A DNA stretch of 64,000 nucleotides from an uncultured Opitutaceae bacterium. GTDB taxonomy: Bacteria > Verrucomicrobiota > Verrucomicrobiia > Opitutales > Opitutaceae. The position numbers and the translations under genes are program-made. Within the stretch, counting starts at the first letter, position 1. Every line of letters starts with the position of its first letter. The notes beneath the pieces were generated by a model, which saw only the letters and a program-made list of their open reading frames with translations, did no database searches and was not told the DNA's origin. Below, in pieces: positions 27,545 to 35,697 of this stretch. The stretch lies in the NCBI GenBank assembly GCA_964509885.1, contig CAZDZL010000004.1:12167-76166 (forward strand). The letters run 5' to 3'.

Positions 27545-28678
27545 GTGAGCAAAAGGCTGATCATCGCCGGAGGCGGTATAGGCGGAATGACCGCGGCGCT
27601 CGCGCTGCATCGCGCCGGCATAGACGTCACCGTCTACGAGCAGGCTCCCGCGTTCACCGAGATCGGCGCGGGCATGAGCGTTTGGCCCAATGCGACCCGG
27701 ATACTGGGGACACTGGGGGTGCTTGAGCCGGTGCTTGCCGGAGGTGAAACCGTCCGGCAGTTCGACCTGCACCGTCCCAACGGGACGCTGATTTCCTCGA
27801 TCCCCATGGAGGGGTTTCCGACCCCGGCGCTGTGCATCCACCGGGCGGACCTGCATCAGGCGGTGCGCGCCCAACTCCCTAGCGAATGCGTGGTATCGGG
27901 TCATCGCCTGGCCGGGTTTGTGCAGCATCACGACCGCGTCATCGCACGGTTCTCCGGCGGCCTCGAGGCCACAGCCGACGGTCTGGTCGGAGCCGACGGC
28001 ATCAATTCGGCCGTAAGGGCGCAGATTCACGGACCCAGTGAGCCGATTTACCGGGGCTACCGCATCTGGCGGGGCATCGCGCCGGAAACGCCCGGGACCG
28101 TGCGCGGCCATATCAGCGAAACCTGGGGGCCCGGGCGCCGGTTCGGCATTATGCCCATGGGACGGGGCCGCGTCTGCTGGTATGCCACGCGCAACGGCAA
28201 GTCCTCCGAGGCCGACGCCCCGCTTGGCCGCAAGGCCGAGGTGCGGGCCCTGTTCGGGGACTGGCACGCCCCTATCGGGGCGTTGATCGAGTCGACCGAC
28301 CCGGCCGACATCATCAGGACCGATGCCCAGGACAGGAAACCGCTGACGAGGTGGGGCGAGGGACTTGTCACGCTTCTTGGCGACGCAGCCCATCCCATCA
28401 CCCCCAATGTCGGCCAAGGCGCATGCATGGCGATCGAGGACGGGGCCTGCCTCGCCAAGTGCCTGATCGGGTCGCCCGACATCGCGGCGGCCTTTCGCTC
28501 CTACGAGGCAAAGCGGGGGCCCCGGACAGGGTACATTTCGCGCCAGGCTCGCCGCATTGGCGTCATCGGACAGTGGGAGCATCCCTGGGTCGTGAGGTGG
28601 CGGGACTTTGTCACGCGGCTCGTCCTTTCGCGGAACCTGGAGATGCGGCTCAATGCAATCTATGCCTACGAGGTCTAG
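27545..28678 (+). CDS. FAD-dependent monooxygenase (salicylate hydroxylase / UbiH-like)
   Basis: GTG start. GxGxxG (IIAGGGIGGMTAA), DG motif (GADGINSAVR), and GD..H motif (LLGDAAHPITPNVGQGA). Confidence 0.9.
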   Translation: MSKRLIIAGGGIGGMTAALALHRAGIDVTVYEQAPAFTEIGAGMSVWPNATRILGTLGVLEPVLAGGETVRQFDLHRPNGTLISSIPMEGFPTPALCIHRADLHQAVRAQLPSECVVSGHRLAGFVQHHDRVIARFSGGLEATADGLVGADGINSAVRAQIHGPSEPIYRGYRIWRGIAPETPGTVRGHISETWGPGRRFGIMPMGRGRVCWYATRNGKSSEADAPLGRKAEVRALFGDWHAPIGALIESTDPADIIRTDAQDRKPLTRWGEGLVTLLGDAAHPITPNVGQGACMAIEDGACLAKCLIGSPDIAAAFRSYEAKRGPRTGYISRQARRIGVIGQWEHPWVVRWRDFVTRLVLSRNLEMRLNAIYAYEV

Positions 28679-29000
28679 CCAGACCCCGCCTGCACGCCCT
28701 CGGCACTTGTTCACAGTGGACATGTTCTCGCGGGCCGGCGGCCCAGTGAACGCTTTGTGGGACGGGCCGCGTTTCGGATAGGACTGATCCGGCGGTAACG
28801 GTCCGCTATTCCTTCCATCCGCGTTGGTTGGCCACGTCAATTCCATGGGGTGCGGAGTTGTGCACAGTGGGTGCATGCAACCAAATTGGAGCGTCGCGGG
28901 CCGTCGAGGGCGAATCTGCTATATTTGTTACATGTTAACCCTAAACATATTGGACCGATGGGATGCCCCGTGGCACAGCGCGTGCGATTGGAGGCGGCGC

Positions 29001-31280
29001 ATGACCCCACGCTGCGGCGCGCCCGCGAACCCCACCCAAGGCATCCGCGCCAAAGCGGCATCCCTCCTGCTCGCTGCAGGCCTCCTCGCCGCCGGCCCCG
29101 GGGCCCGCGCCCAGGTGGTCACCACGTCGATCCCGACGGCCTCCGGAGCCTCGGCCATCGCGGTCAACCCGACGAACAACAAGGTCTACGTCGCGAGCGG
29201 CACGAAGAACGTCGTCACGGTGATCGACGGCGCCACCTATGCGACGAGCACCGCGAACATCGGGGCCGGGGCGGTGGCGATCGACGTCGACACCTCCACG
29301 AACAAGGTCTTCGTCGCGAACCACACGGACAGCACCGTCACGGTGATCGACGGCGCGACGAACGCCGCGACGACGATCACCCTGAACGGGACGCCCACCT
29401 CCATCGCCGTGGACTCGGTGACCCACAAGGTCTATGCGCCCACGGACACCTTCAAGGGCAGCTATTCCTACGGCGCGGTCGAGCTCATCGACGAGGCCTC
29501 GGGCACCGTCACCGACCTCGACCTGGGGATCATCGGCATGGGGGTCACGATCAACCCGGTTACCGACAGGATCTACGTCGCCAACTCGATCCAGACCGTC
29601 ATCAGCATCACGGAGTTCAACGGCACCGACAACTCCTATGACTACTTGAGCGACGCCACAGGCGAGATCGCCATAGACACTGCCGCGAACAAGGTCTTCG
29701 TCGCGGACCTCGACGGCGGCCTCACCTACATCGACGGCGCGACGGGCCTCTATTCCTCGGTCGGCTTCGGCGGCCGCTACTACACTGTCGCCGTCAATCC
29801 CGTGACGCACAGGGCCTATGCGGCCGGGGGCGAGGACGGGATAACCGTCTTCGACGAGGCGGCGGGGACCTCGGTCAACCTTCCCATGGACACCCTGGGC
29901 GCGGTCGAGGTCTGCGACGCGCAGACGAACCAGATATTCGTGTCGACCTTCGAGACGCCCGGAACCCTGGTAACGATCGACGGCGCGACCAACATCACGA
30001 GCTCGATCGCGGTGGCGCCCCTGGTCTTCGCGATGGTGCAGAACCCGGCGACGGGCTTCCTCTTCCTCGCGAGCGGGGACGCCGCGGGGACCGTGACGGT
30101 GGTGGACGGCCGGGCCCAGGCGACGGAGGCGATTTTCGCCGAGCAGCCGGCCTCCGTCACGGCGGCGGCGGGCTCGTCCGTCGCGCTGAACGCAGTCGCG
30201 GGCGCCGCCATCGGGACGTCGCCGACCTACCGGTGGTCCTTTGACGGGGCGCCGCTGACGGACGGCGCCGGGATCACGGGCTCCGCCTCCCCCACCCTCT
30301 TCCTGAGCGCCGCGGGCGCCGCCTCCGCGGGCACCTACACCTGCACCGTGTCCGGGAACCTCGGCAGCGCCACGAGCAACCCCGCCACGCTCACAATCTC
30401 CGCCGGCGCGGCGCCGGGCCACCTCGTCAACCTTTCCAGCCGGTCCTACGTCGGCACGGTCGGGAACACGGCGCCCACCTACATCATCGCCGGCTTCGTC
30501 GTGGCGGGATCGGGAACCAAGGACGTCATCCTGCGCGGCGTCGGGCCCACCCTGTCCACGTTCGGCGTGGGGGACGCGGTGCCCTCGCTCTCGCTCGCGC
30601 TCTACGACGCCGCGGCCCCCGCCAACCTCATCACCACGGACGCGGCGTGGCAGACGCCGCCGACGGCCCCCACGGGGCCGTGGACGGGCCTGGTCTCGCC
30701 GCAGGACGCGACGTCCACGGACTTCGCGCAGGTCGGCGCCTTCGCGCTGCCGCTTGGTTCCGCCGACGCGGCGGTCAAGGTGACCCTTCCCACGGGCGGC
30801 TACACGTCGATCCTGAGCGTGCCGGCGAGCGTCCACGGGGGCGAGGCCCTGGCCGAGGTCTACGACGCGGACACGTCAAACACCGGCTCCCACCTCTCCA
30901 ACCTTTCCGCGCGGTCCTTCGTGGACGCCGGGATCCCGATCACCGCCGGCTTCGTGATCGCGGGGCCCGCCTCCCAGACGATCCTCGTTCGGGCCTCGGG
31001 GCCGGCCTTGGTCCCCTTCGGCCTGAGCGGCGTCCTCCCCGCCATGAAGCTCCAGCTCTTCGACTCGACCCAGGCCCCGGTGGCCTCGAATTCGGGATGG
31101 CAGGGCAACGCCTCCGTGGTCGCGGCGGCCGCGGGCGCCGGCGCGTTCCCGTGGGGCGACCCCGCGAGCGCGGACTCCGCCCTCCTCATCACGCTTCCGC
31201 CCGGGAGCTACACCGCGCAGGTGTCGGCGCTCAACGGGGGCGGGGGCACGGCCCTGGTGGAAGTCTACGGGCTTCACTGA
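29001..31280 (+). CDS. secreted YVTN beta-propeller repeat protein with Ig-like region and two C-terminal unknown repeats
   Basis: Signal peptide after the Met at 29001. Repeated NKVYVAS..VTVIDGAT units. The C-terminus holds two copies of an approx 130-aa module (LxNLSxRS..GF(V/I)(V/I)AG..EVY). Confidence 0.85.
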   Translation: MTPRCGAPANPTQGIRAKAASLLLAAGLLAAGPGARAQVVTTSIPTASGASAIAVNPTNNKVYVASGTKNVVTVIDGATYATSTANIGAGAVAIDVDTSTNKVFVANHTDSTVTVIDGATNAATTITLNGTPTSIAVDSVTHKVYAPTDTFKGSYSYGAVELIDEASGTVTDLDLGIIGMGVTINPVTDRIYVANSIQTVISITEFNGTDNSYDYLSDATGEIAIDTAANKVFVADLDGGLTYIDGATGLYSSVGFGGRYYTVAVNPVTHRAYAAGGEDGITVFDEAAGTSVNLPMDTLGAVEVCDAQTNQIFVSTFETPGTLVTIDGATNITSSIAVAPLVFAMVQNPATGFLFLASGDAAGTVTVVDGRAQATEAIFAEQPASVTAAAGSSVALNAVAGAAIGTSPTYRWSFDGAPLTDGAGITGSASPTLFLSAAGAASAGTYTCTVSGNLGSATSNPATLTISAGAAPGHLVNLSSRSYVGTVGNTAPTYIIAGFVVAGSGTKDVILRGVGPTLSTFGVGDAVPSLSLALYDAAAPANLITTDAAWQTPPTAPTGPWTGLVSPQDATSTDFAQVGAFALPLGSADAAVKVTLPTGGYTSILSVPASVHGGEALAEVYDADTSNTGSHLSNLSARSFVDAGIPITAGFVIAGPASQTILVRASGPALVPFGLSGVLPAMKLQLFDSTQAPVASNSGWQGNASVVAAAAGAGAFPWGDPASADSALLITLPPGSYTAQVSALNGGGGTALVEVYGLH

Positions 31281-31387
31281 GTTCGGACCGATCGCGGCGA
31301 CGGAGCGCCCCACGGTGCCCGCGGGGCCGCTTGCGCCGGTATCGACAAAGCCGGGCATTTCAGCGACACACGTGGACCTTGATTGGA

Positions 31388-32362
31388 ATGAAAACTGGGC
31401 CCGAACTGATCGCGGCCACAAAGCGCTTCGCGAAAGAGGACCCCCTGCGAAGCTGGTGGAGCCTGCTCTCCACCTGGTTTCTGCTGATCGCGGCGCTTGC
31501 GGGCACCCTCTGGAATGTCGGCTGGGCGGCCAAGGCCGCGTGCAGCGTGCTTGCGGGCCTGCTTTTCCTACGCTCCTTCGTGATCTACCATGACCACCAG
31601 CATGACGCGATCCTGCACCGCTCGCGGGCCGTCTCCTGGCTGATGAGGATCTTCGGGATCCTGGCCCTCAGCCCGAACAGCATCTGGCGCAGCTCGCACA
31701 ACCACCATCACCACCACAACTCCAAGCTGCGCGGGTCGCACATCGGGTCGTTCCCGATCATGACCAAGGACCAGTTCAGGAAAAGCTCCCGCCTCGAGCG
31801 CCTCTCCTACCTCTCCATACGCCATCCCCTGACGATCCTGTTCGGCTACGTCTTCATGTTCATCTACGGCATGTGTTTGAACCCGTTCTTCACCAGCCCG
31901 AGGAAGCACTTCGACTGCCTGCTCGCGCTCATCGTGCACTTCTCGATCAGCGCGGCGCTCCTGGTCTACGGCGGGTGGCCCGCACTCCTTCTCACGCAGG
32001 TCGTCCCGCATTTCATCATGTACGCGATCGGGAGCTACCTCTTCTACGCCCAGCACAACTTCCCGGGGGTCTCGTTCAGCGACCACGCCGGCTGGACCTA
32101 CGAGAAGGCGGCGCTGGAATCCTCAAGCTTCCTGCGCACGAGCGCGGTCATGGGTTACTTCACGGCCAACATCGGCTACCACCACATCCACCATCTGAAC
32201 GCCAAGATTCCCTTCTACCGCCTTCCCGAGGTGATCCGGGAGGTGCCCGAGCTGCAGAACCCCAAGGTCACCTCGCTGCGGCCCTCCGACATCGCCCGAT
32301 GCCTGAGGCTGAAGGTCTGGGACGTGCAGGCCCAGAGCATGGTCGGCGTGGGCAACCTATGA
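31388..32362 (+). CDS. membrane fatty-acid desaturase family protein
   Basis: Three His boxes (HDHQH, HNHHHHH, HHIHH) and TM helices. ATG at 31388. The upstream part of the 571-aa track ORF is not coding. Confidence 0.9.
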   Translation: MKTGPELIAATKRFAKEDPLRSWWSLLSTWFLLIAALAGTLWNVGWAAKAACSVLAGLLFLRSFVIYHDHQHDAILHRSRAVSWLMRIFGILALSPNSIWRSSHNHHHHHNSKLRGSHIGSFPIMTKDQFRKSSRLERLSYLSIRHPLTILFGYVFMFIYGMCLNPFFTSPRKHFDCLLALIVHFSISAALLVYGGWPALLLTQVVPHFIMYAIGSYLFYAQHNFPGVSFSDHAGWTYEKAALESSSFLRTSAVMGYFTANIGYHHIHHLNAKIPFYRLPEVIREVPELQNPKVTSLRPSDIARCLRLKVWDVQAQSMVGVGNL

Positions 32363-33417
32363 TACCTCCCCTGTCCTTCACCGCCGGGCACCTCGCGCAG
32401 TTCCTCGGGGGCGACGTGGTCGGGGACGCCCAGGTGCGCCTGACCGGATTTGCGTCGGCCGAGAGGGCCCGCGCCGGCGACCTGACGTTCGCCGAGAAGG
32501 AGTCCTACTTCGAGGCCGCCGCGAAGAGCGCGGCCTCCGCCATCCTCGTGGGAGCTGCATCCGCGCCCACCGCCAAGGTGCTGATCCGCGTCGCGAACCC
32601 GCGCGTGGCCGCCGCGAAGGTGATCCCGCTCTTCTTCCCGCAGGAGGCCGACACGCCGGGGATAGATCCCCGCGCCGTGGTCGCCCCCTCGGCGCGCGTG
32701 GACGCCACCGCGCACGTCGGCCCCGGGTGCGTCGTCGGGGCGGGGGCCGCGATCGGCGCCCGCTCGGTCCTCACCGGCGGAAACCACGTCGGGCGCGACT
32801 GCGAGATCGGGGAGGACACGCGCCTCCTTCCCAACGTCGTCCTCTATGCCCGCACCAAGGTGGGCCACCGCGTCACCATCCACGCGGGGACCGTCATCGG
32901 GTCGGACGGCTACGGCTATGTGTTCGACGAGGGCAGGCACCTGAAGATCCCGCAGGTCGGCAACGTGGTCATCGGCGACGACGTCGAGATAGGCGCCAAT
33001 GCGGCCATCGACCGCGCCGCGCTCGGCTCGACCGTGATCGGCCAGGGCACGAAGATCGACAACCTGGTGCACGTGGCGCACAACGTCGTCATGGGGCGGC
33101 ACTGCCTGGTCATGGGCCAGGTGGGCTTCGCCGGGAGCACGGAGCTCGGCGACTACGTCGTCATCGCCTCCCAGTCGGGCATCGCCGGCCACCTGAAGCT
33201 CGGCCGGCAGTCGGTCGTCGGGGCCAAGTCGGGCGTGATGCGGGACGTCCCGGAGAAGGAGACAGTGCTCGGCATCCCCGCCGCGCCCGACAAGCAGGCG
33301 AAGCGGCAGTGGGTCGCCATCCAGAGGCTTCCCGACATGATCGTGAGGATGCGCGAACTTGAAAAGAAGGTGGCGGAGCTCTCGGCGAAGGGCCTCCCCG
33401 CAGCGGGCGGCACGTAG
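32359..33417 (+). CDS. lpxD: UDP-3-O-acylglucosamine N-acyltransferase
   Basis: N-terminal LpxD domain (LAQFLGGDVVGD..) followed by left-handed beta-helix hexapeptide repeats. The ATG overlaps the desaturase stop (ATGA). Confidence 0.9.
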   Translation: MIPPLSFTAGHLAQFLGGDVVGDAQVRLTGFASAERARAGDLTFAEKESYFEAAAKSAASAILVGAASAPTAKVLIRVANPRVAAAKVIPLFFPQEADTPGIDPRAVVAPSARVDATAHVGPGCVVGAGAAIGARSVLTGGNHVGRDCEIGEDTRLLPNVVLYARTKVGHRVTIHAGTVIGSDGYGYVFDEGRHLKIPQVGNVVIGDDVEIGANAAIDRAALGSTVIGQGTKIDNLVHVAHNVVMGRHCLVMGQVGFAGSTELGDYVVIASQSGIAGHLKLGRQSVVGAKSGVMRDVPEKETVLGIPAAPDKQAKRQWVAIQRLPDMIVRMRELEKKVAELSAKGLPAAGGT

Positions 33418-33655
33418 CGCGCGGGCGACCGCGCCCGGGGGGCGCGAACCTTGACGACGCTTGAAGCTAAGTCACTTGCCCAACGTGGGCTTAGTCGATG
33501 GTTATTGTCTTAGAACAAGCAGGAGGGCGAGGCGCAATGCGCCGTGAAAGCCGCCCCGAATACCGACCATAGGTCGGCTTCTGTGGCCAACCGGCGGGCG
33601 AGATCTCAAACTCCTGATGCCGTCTTAGGGTAATGGAACGGCTTCACCTTCCCGC

Positions 33656-34384
33656 TCAGCCTTTGTATTCGTCATGACGGCGCACCCATGAGGGGCCGCG
33701 ATCACCCTCATCCCGGCCCCTTGGCACAAGATCGAGATAGTTGTATGCCGTGTTTACCAAGTCGAGGCCGCGGGCGTATGCTGAATAGGTGTGAAAAATC
33801 TTCCCTGAGGAGTCTCTGGCAAACACGCTCAGTCCGGGCATTTCCGTCTGCCGCGGATCCTGAATCTCATAGTTGTAGTCGCCCTTCCTCGCGGCGACCT
33901 CTTTTGCGGTGAACGAGACTTTGTAATCGAGGTTGAAATCGGTATTGCCCGATGAAACCCAATGGAAGGTCCAACCCATGCGTTTCGAATAGGCCGCGAT
34001 CTTCGAGTAGGGCGCACGTGAGACTGCAACCATTGTCACGTCGCGGTGGTTCAGATGTACGATGATGCCGTTGAAGTTGTCGGCCCAGAACGAACAACCC
34101 ATGCATGCCGCGTCACGCGTCCAAGGAGTCGACTTGGACGCTGTCGCCGGGTCGAACATGGCATGGTAGACGATGAGCTGGCTTCGTCCGTCAAACAGCT
34201 CGTCCATCGTCTCGCGGCCGTCAGGACCATCAAAGACATACTCTTTCCCCACTGGCTCCCACGGGAGTTCGCTGCGCACCTTGGTCAGGCGGTCGCGGAG
34301 CCGGGTAAAAGTTTTCTCCTTCACGAGGAGAAGCTTGCGGGCAGCTAGCCACCTCTCATGCGATACGATTTTGTGATGTTTCAT
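33656..34384 (-). CDS. DUF899 thioredoxin-like family protein
   Basis: The pattern W..AR..LL..EK..TR..D......LPW..V...Y.F.G..G...L..LF.G...L..YH.M and a conserved Cys (CMGCSFWAD) match DUF899 as I recall it. Lower GC than the flanks. Confidence 0.85.
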   Translation of the reverse strand: MKHHKIVSHERWLAARKLLLVKEKTFTRLRDRLTKVRSELPWEPVGKEYVFDGPDGRETMDELFDGRSQLIVYHAMFDPATASKSTPWTRDAACMGCSFWADNFNGIIVHLNHRDVTMVAVSRAPYSKIAAYSKRMGWTFHWVSSGNTDFNLDYKVSFTAKEVAARKGDYNYEIQDPRQTEMPGLSVFARDSSGKIFHTYSAYARGLDLVNTAYNYLDLVPRGRDEGDRGPSWVRRHDEYKG

Positions 34385-34609
34385 TTAATTTCTTCGTTGG
34401 ATGCTACGTCACTACGAACCAGCCGCTCGCTATGTGCTGCGTCTCGCAAAGCCGCCGCTCGACCCGTTCCAGGGGTTCGCGTGAGGCGATTCTCAGAGAT
34501 ACCCTCCGCTTTGCGGTTCGTAGCTAAGACAGTTTGGGTTGCTGGCAGCGTTGATTTTGCTTTTGAAACTTTTAAGGCAAGCGGTTTTGAACGTCGGCCG
34601 CGACGACTC

Positions 34610-35131
34610 TCAATTTTCAGGCGGTTGGCTGTGAGGGCGGTAGAGATTCATGTCTTCGCTGTTGGCCGCCAAACGATAGACTTGGCCCCCTGGAGCCTGA
34701 AAATAGAAATGCTCCTTATCCTCGTGTGCCACTTCTCTGAGGCCAAACTTTAGGATACTCTGCTTCAGCTCGATGGGATCATTTGTTCTAAGCTCCAGCC
34801 AAATGGATCTGAGCATATCCGGCTCACTCAATGCCGAATTGTCGTAGACTACTCCAATGTAGAAATCAGGGCGCAGCCAGACGAGATCGGCGTGCGGTTT
34901 AACGTCGATTTTGCAGCCCAAGACGTCTCGGTAGAATCTCTGGATTCTTTCCCGCTCCGATGGCAAAACGACCATTTTTGAATTCGCGCCCAATGTCGCC
35001 TTATTTGATTTCATATTCAATTCGTCCCGAAGCGGTCCTTCATTTGTGGGGCTGCTAATCGCGTCCGCTGCTTTCACAGCGCCTGCCGCTGTTATTGCGG
35101 CCAACAGTATCAACGTTGGGGAGAGTTTCAT
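34610..35131 (-). CDS. secreted VOC/glyoxalase-like protein (tentative)
   Basis: Met at 35131 with a signal peptide (LILLAAITAAGAVKA). FYRDVLGC..HFYFQAPGGQVYRL resembles the vicinal-oxygen-chelate fold. Clearly AT-richer. Confidence 0.6.
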   Translation of the reverse strand: MKLSPTLILLAAITAAGAVKAADAISSPTNEGPLRDELNMKSNKATLGANSKMVVLPSERERIQRFYRDVLGCKIDVKPHADLVWLRPDFYIGVVYDNSALSEPDMLRSIWLELRTNDPIELKQSILKFGLREVAHEDKEHFYFQAPGGQVYRLAANSEDMNLYRPHSQPPEN

Positions 35132-35697
35132 TTTCGTTGCTCTTGCGGTGTCCAGCCGCGAGTTCAGGTCAACTCGAAGACGATACGCTACTGAGCGGTA
35201 GGTTGAAATGGGGTGTAATCCCCCACACAAATCGAGATGCCGGGCGATATGTTTTAGGTATACCGACTGCCGAAATGCGTGGCGCGATTGCGTGCTAGCG
35301 GCGAGCTGCCACGACATTGTGCTGTGACGCCGGGAGGCCCGTGCAACTATGGACGAATGCCTGACCAACGGGCCGCCCACCTGATTCATGCCTTCGATTT
35401 TCGCGGACTTGATGAATGCATGTTCAGGATTTGTCACCAGCACGCTGCCAATGCGCACCTCCATCCATGCCCAGATCGCATCGCAATGCACCTAGGTGCC
35501 TCTTGTTTCCTATCATCGGGCCCCATGGGGCGCACTAAACTTTGGCCAGTCTCTCGGTGGCAACAGCGCCGGCGTCCCCAAGGGTTTCGAATCCCGCGGG
35601 CACCCTACCTGTTCGTGGGCAAGGCTATAGGCGATGCCCCTGGCCGGAAGGCGCGTCTTGTCGGCCGGTCGCCCTTGCGGTACAATGCCGCGAACCC

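Noticed and set aside
30647-32362. 571-aa track ORF suggesting a large N-terminal extension of the desaturase. The same issue applies to 45710-48319, 39109-40980, 60155-61402, 34610-35491, 25614-26480, 49724-50710 and 63073-63939.
   Set aside because: The upstream portions overlap neighbouring genes or are Arg/Pro-rich nonsense. Internal Met/GTG starts give proper signal peptides or canonical N-termini, so only the 3-prime parts were called.
35582-35600. GGGTTTCGAATCCCGCGGG resembles a tRNA T-arm (GGTTCGAATCC) at the right edge of the low-GC islet, hinting at a tRNA-derived att site.
   Set aside because: I could not fold a 5-bp T-stem around a 7-nt loop, there is no matching acceptor stem or anticodon arm upstream, and no full tRNA lies at the other island border. 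It is probably chance.
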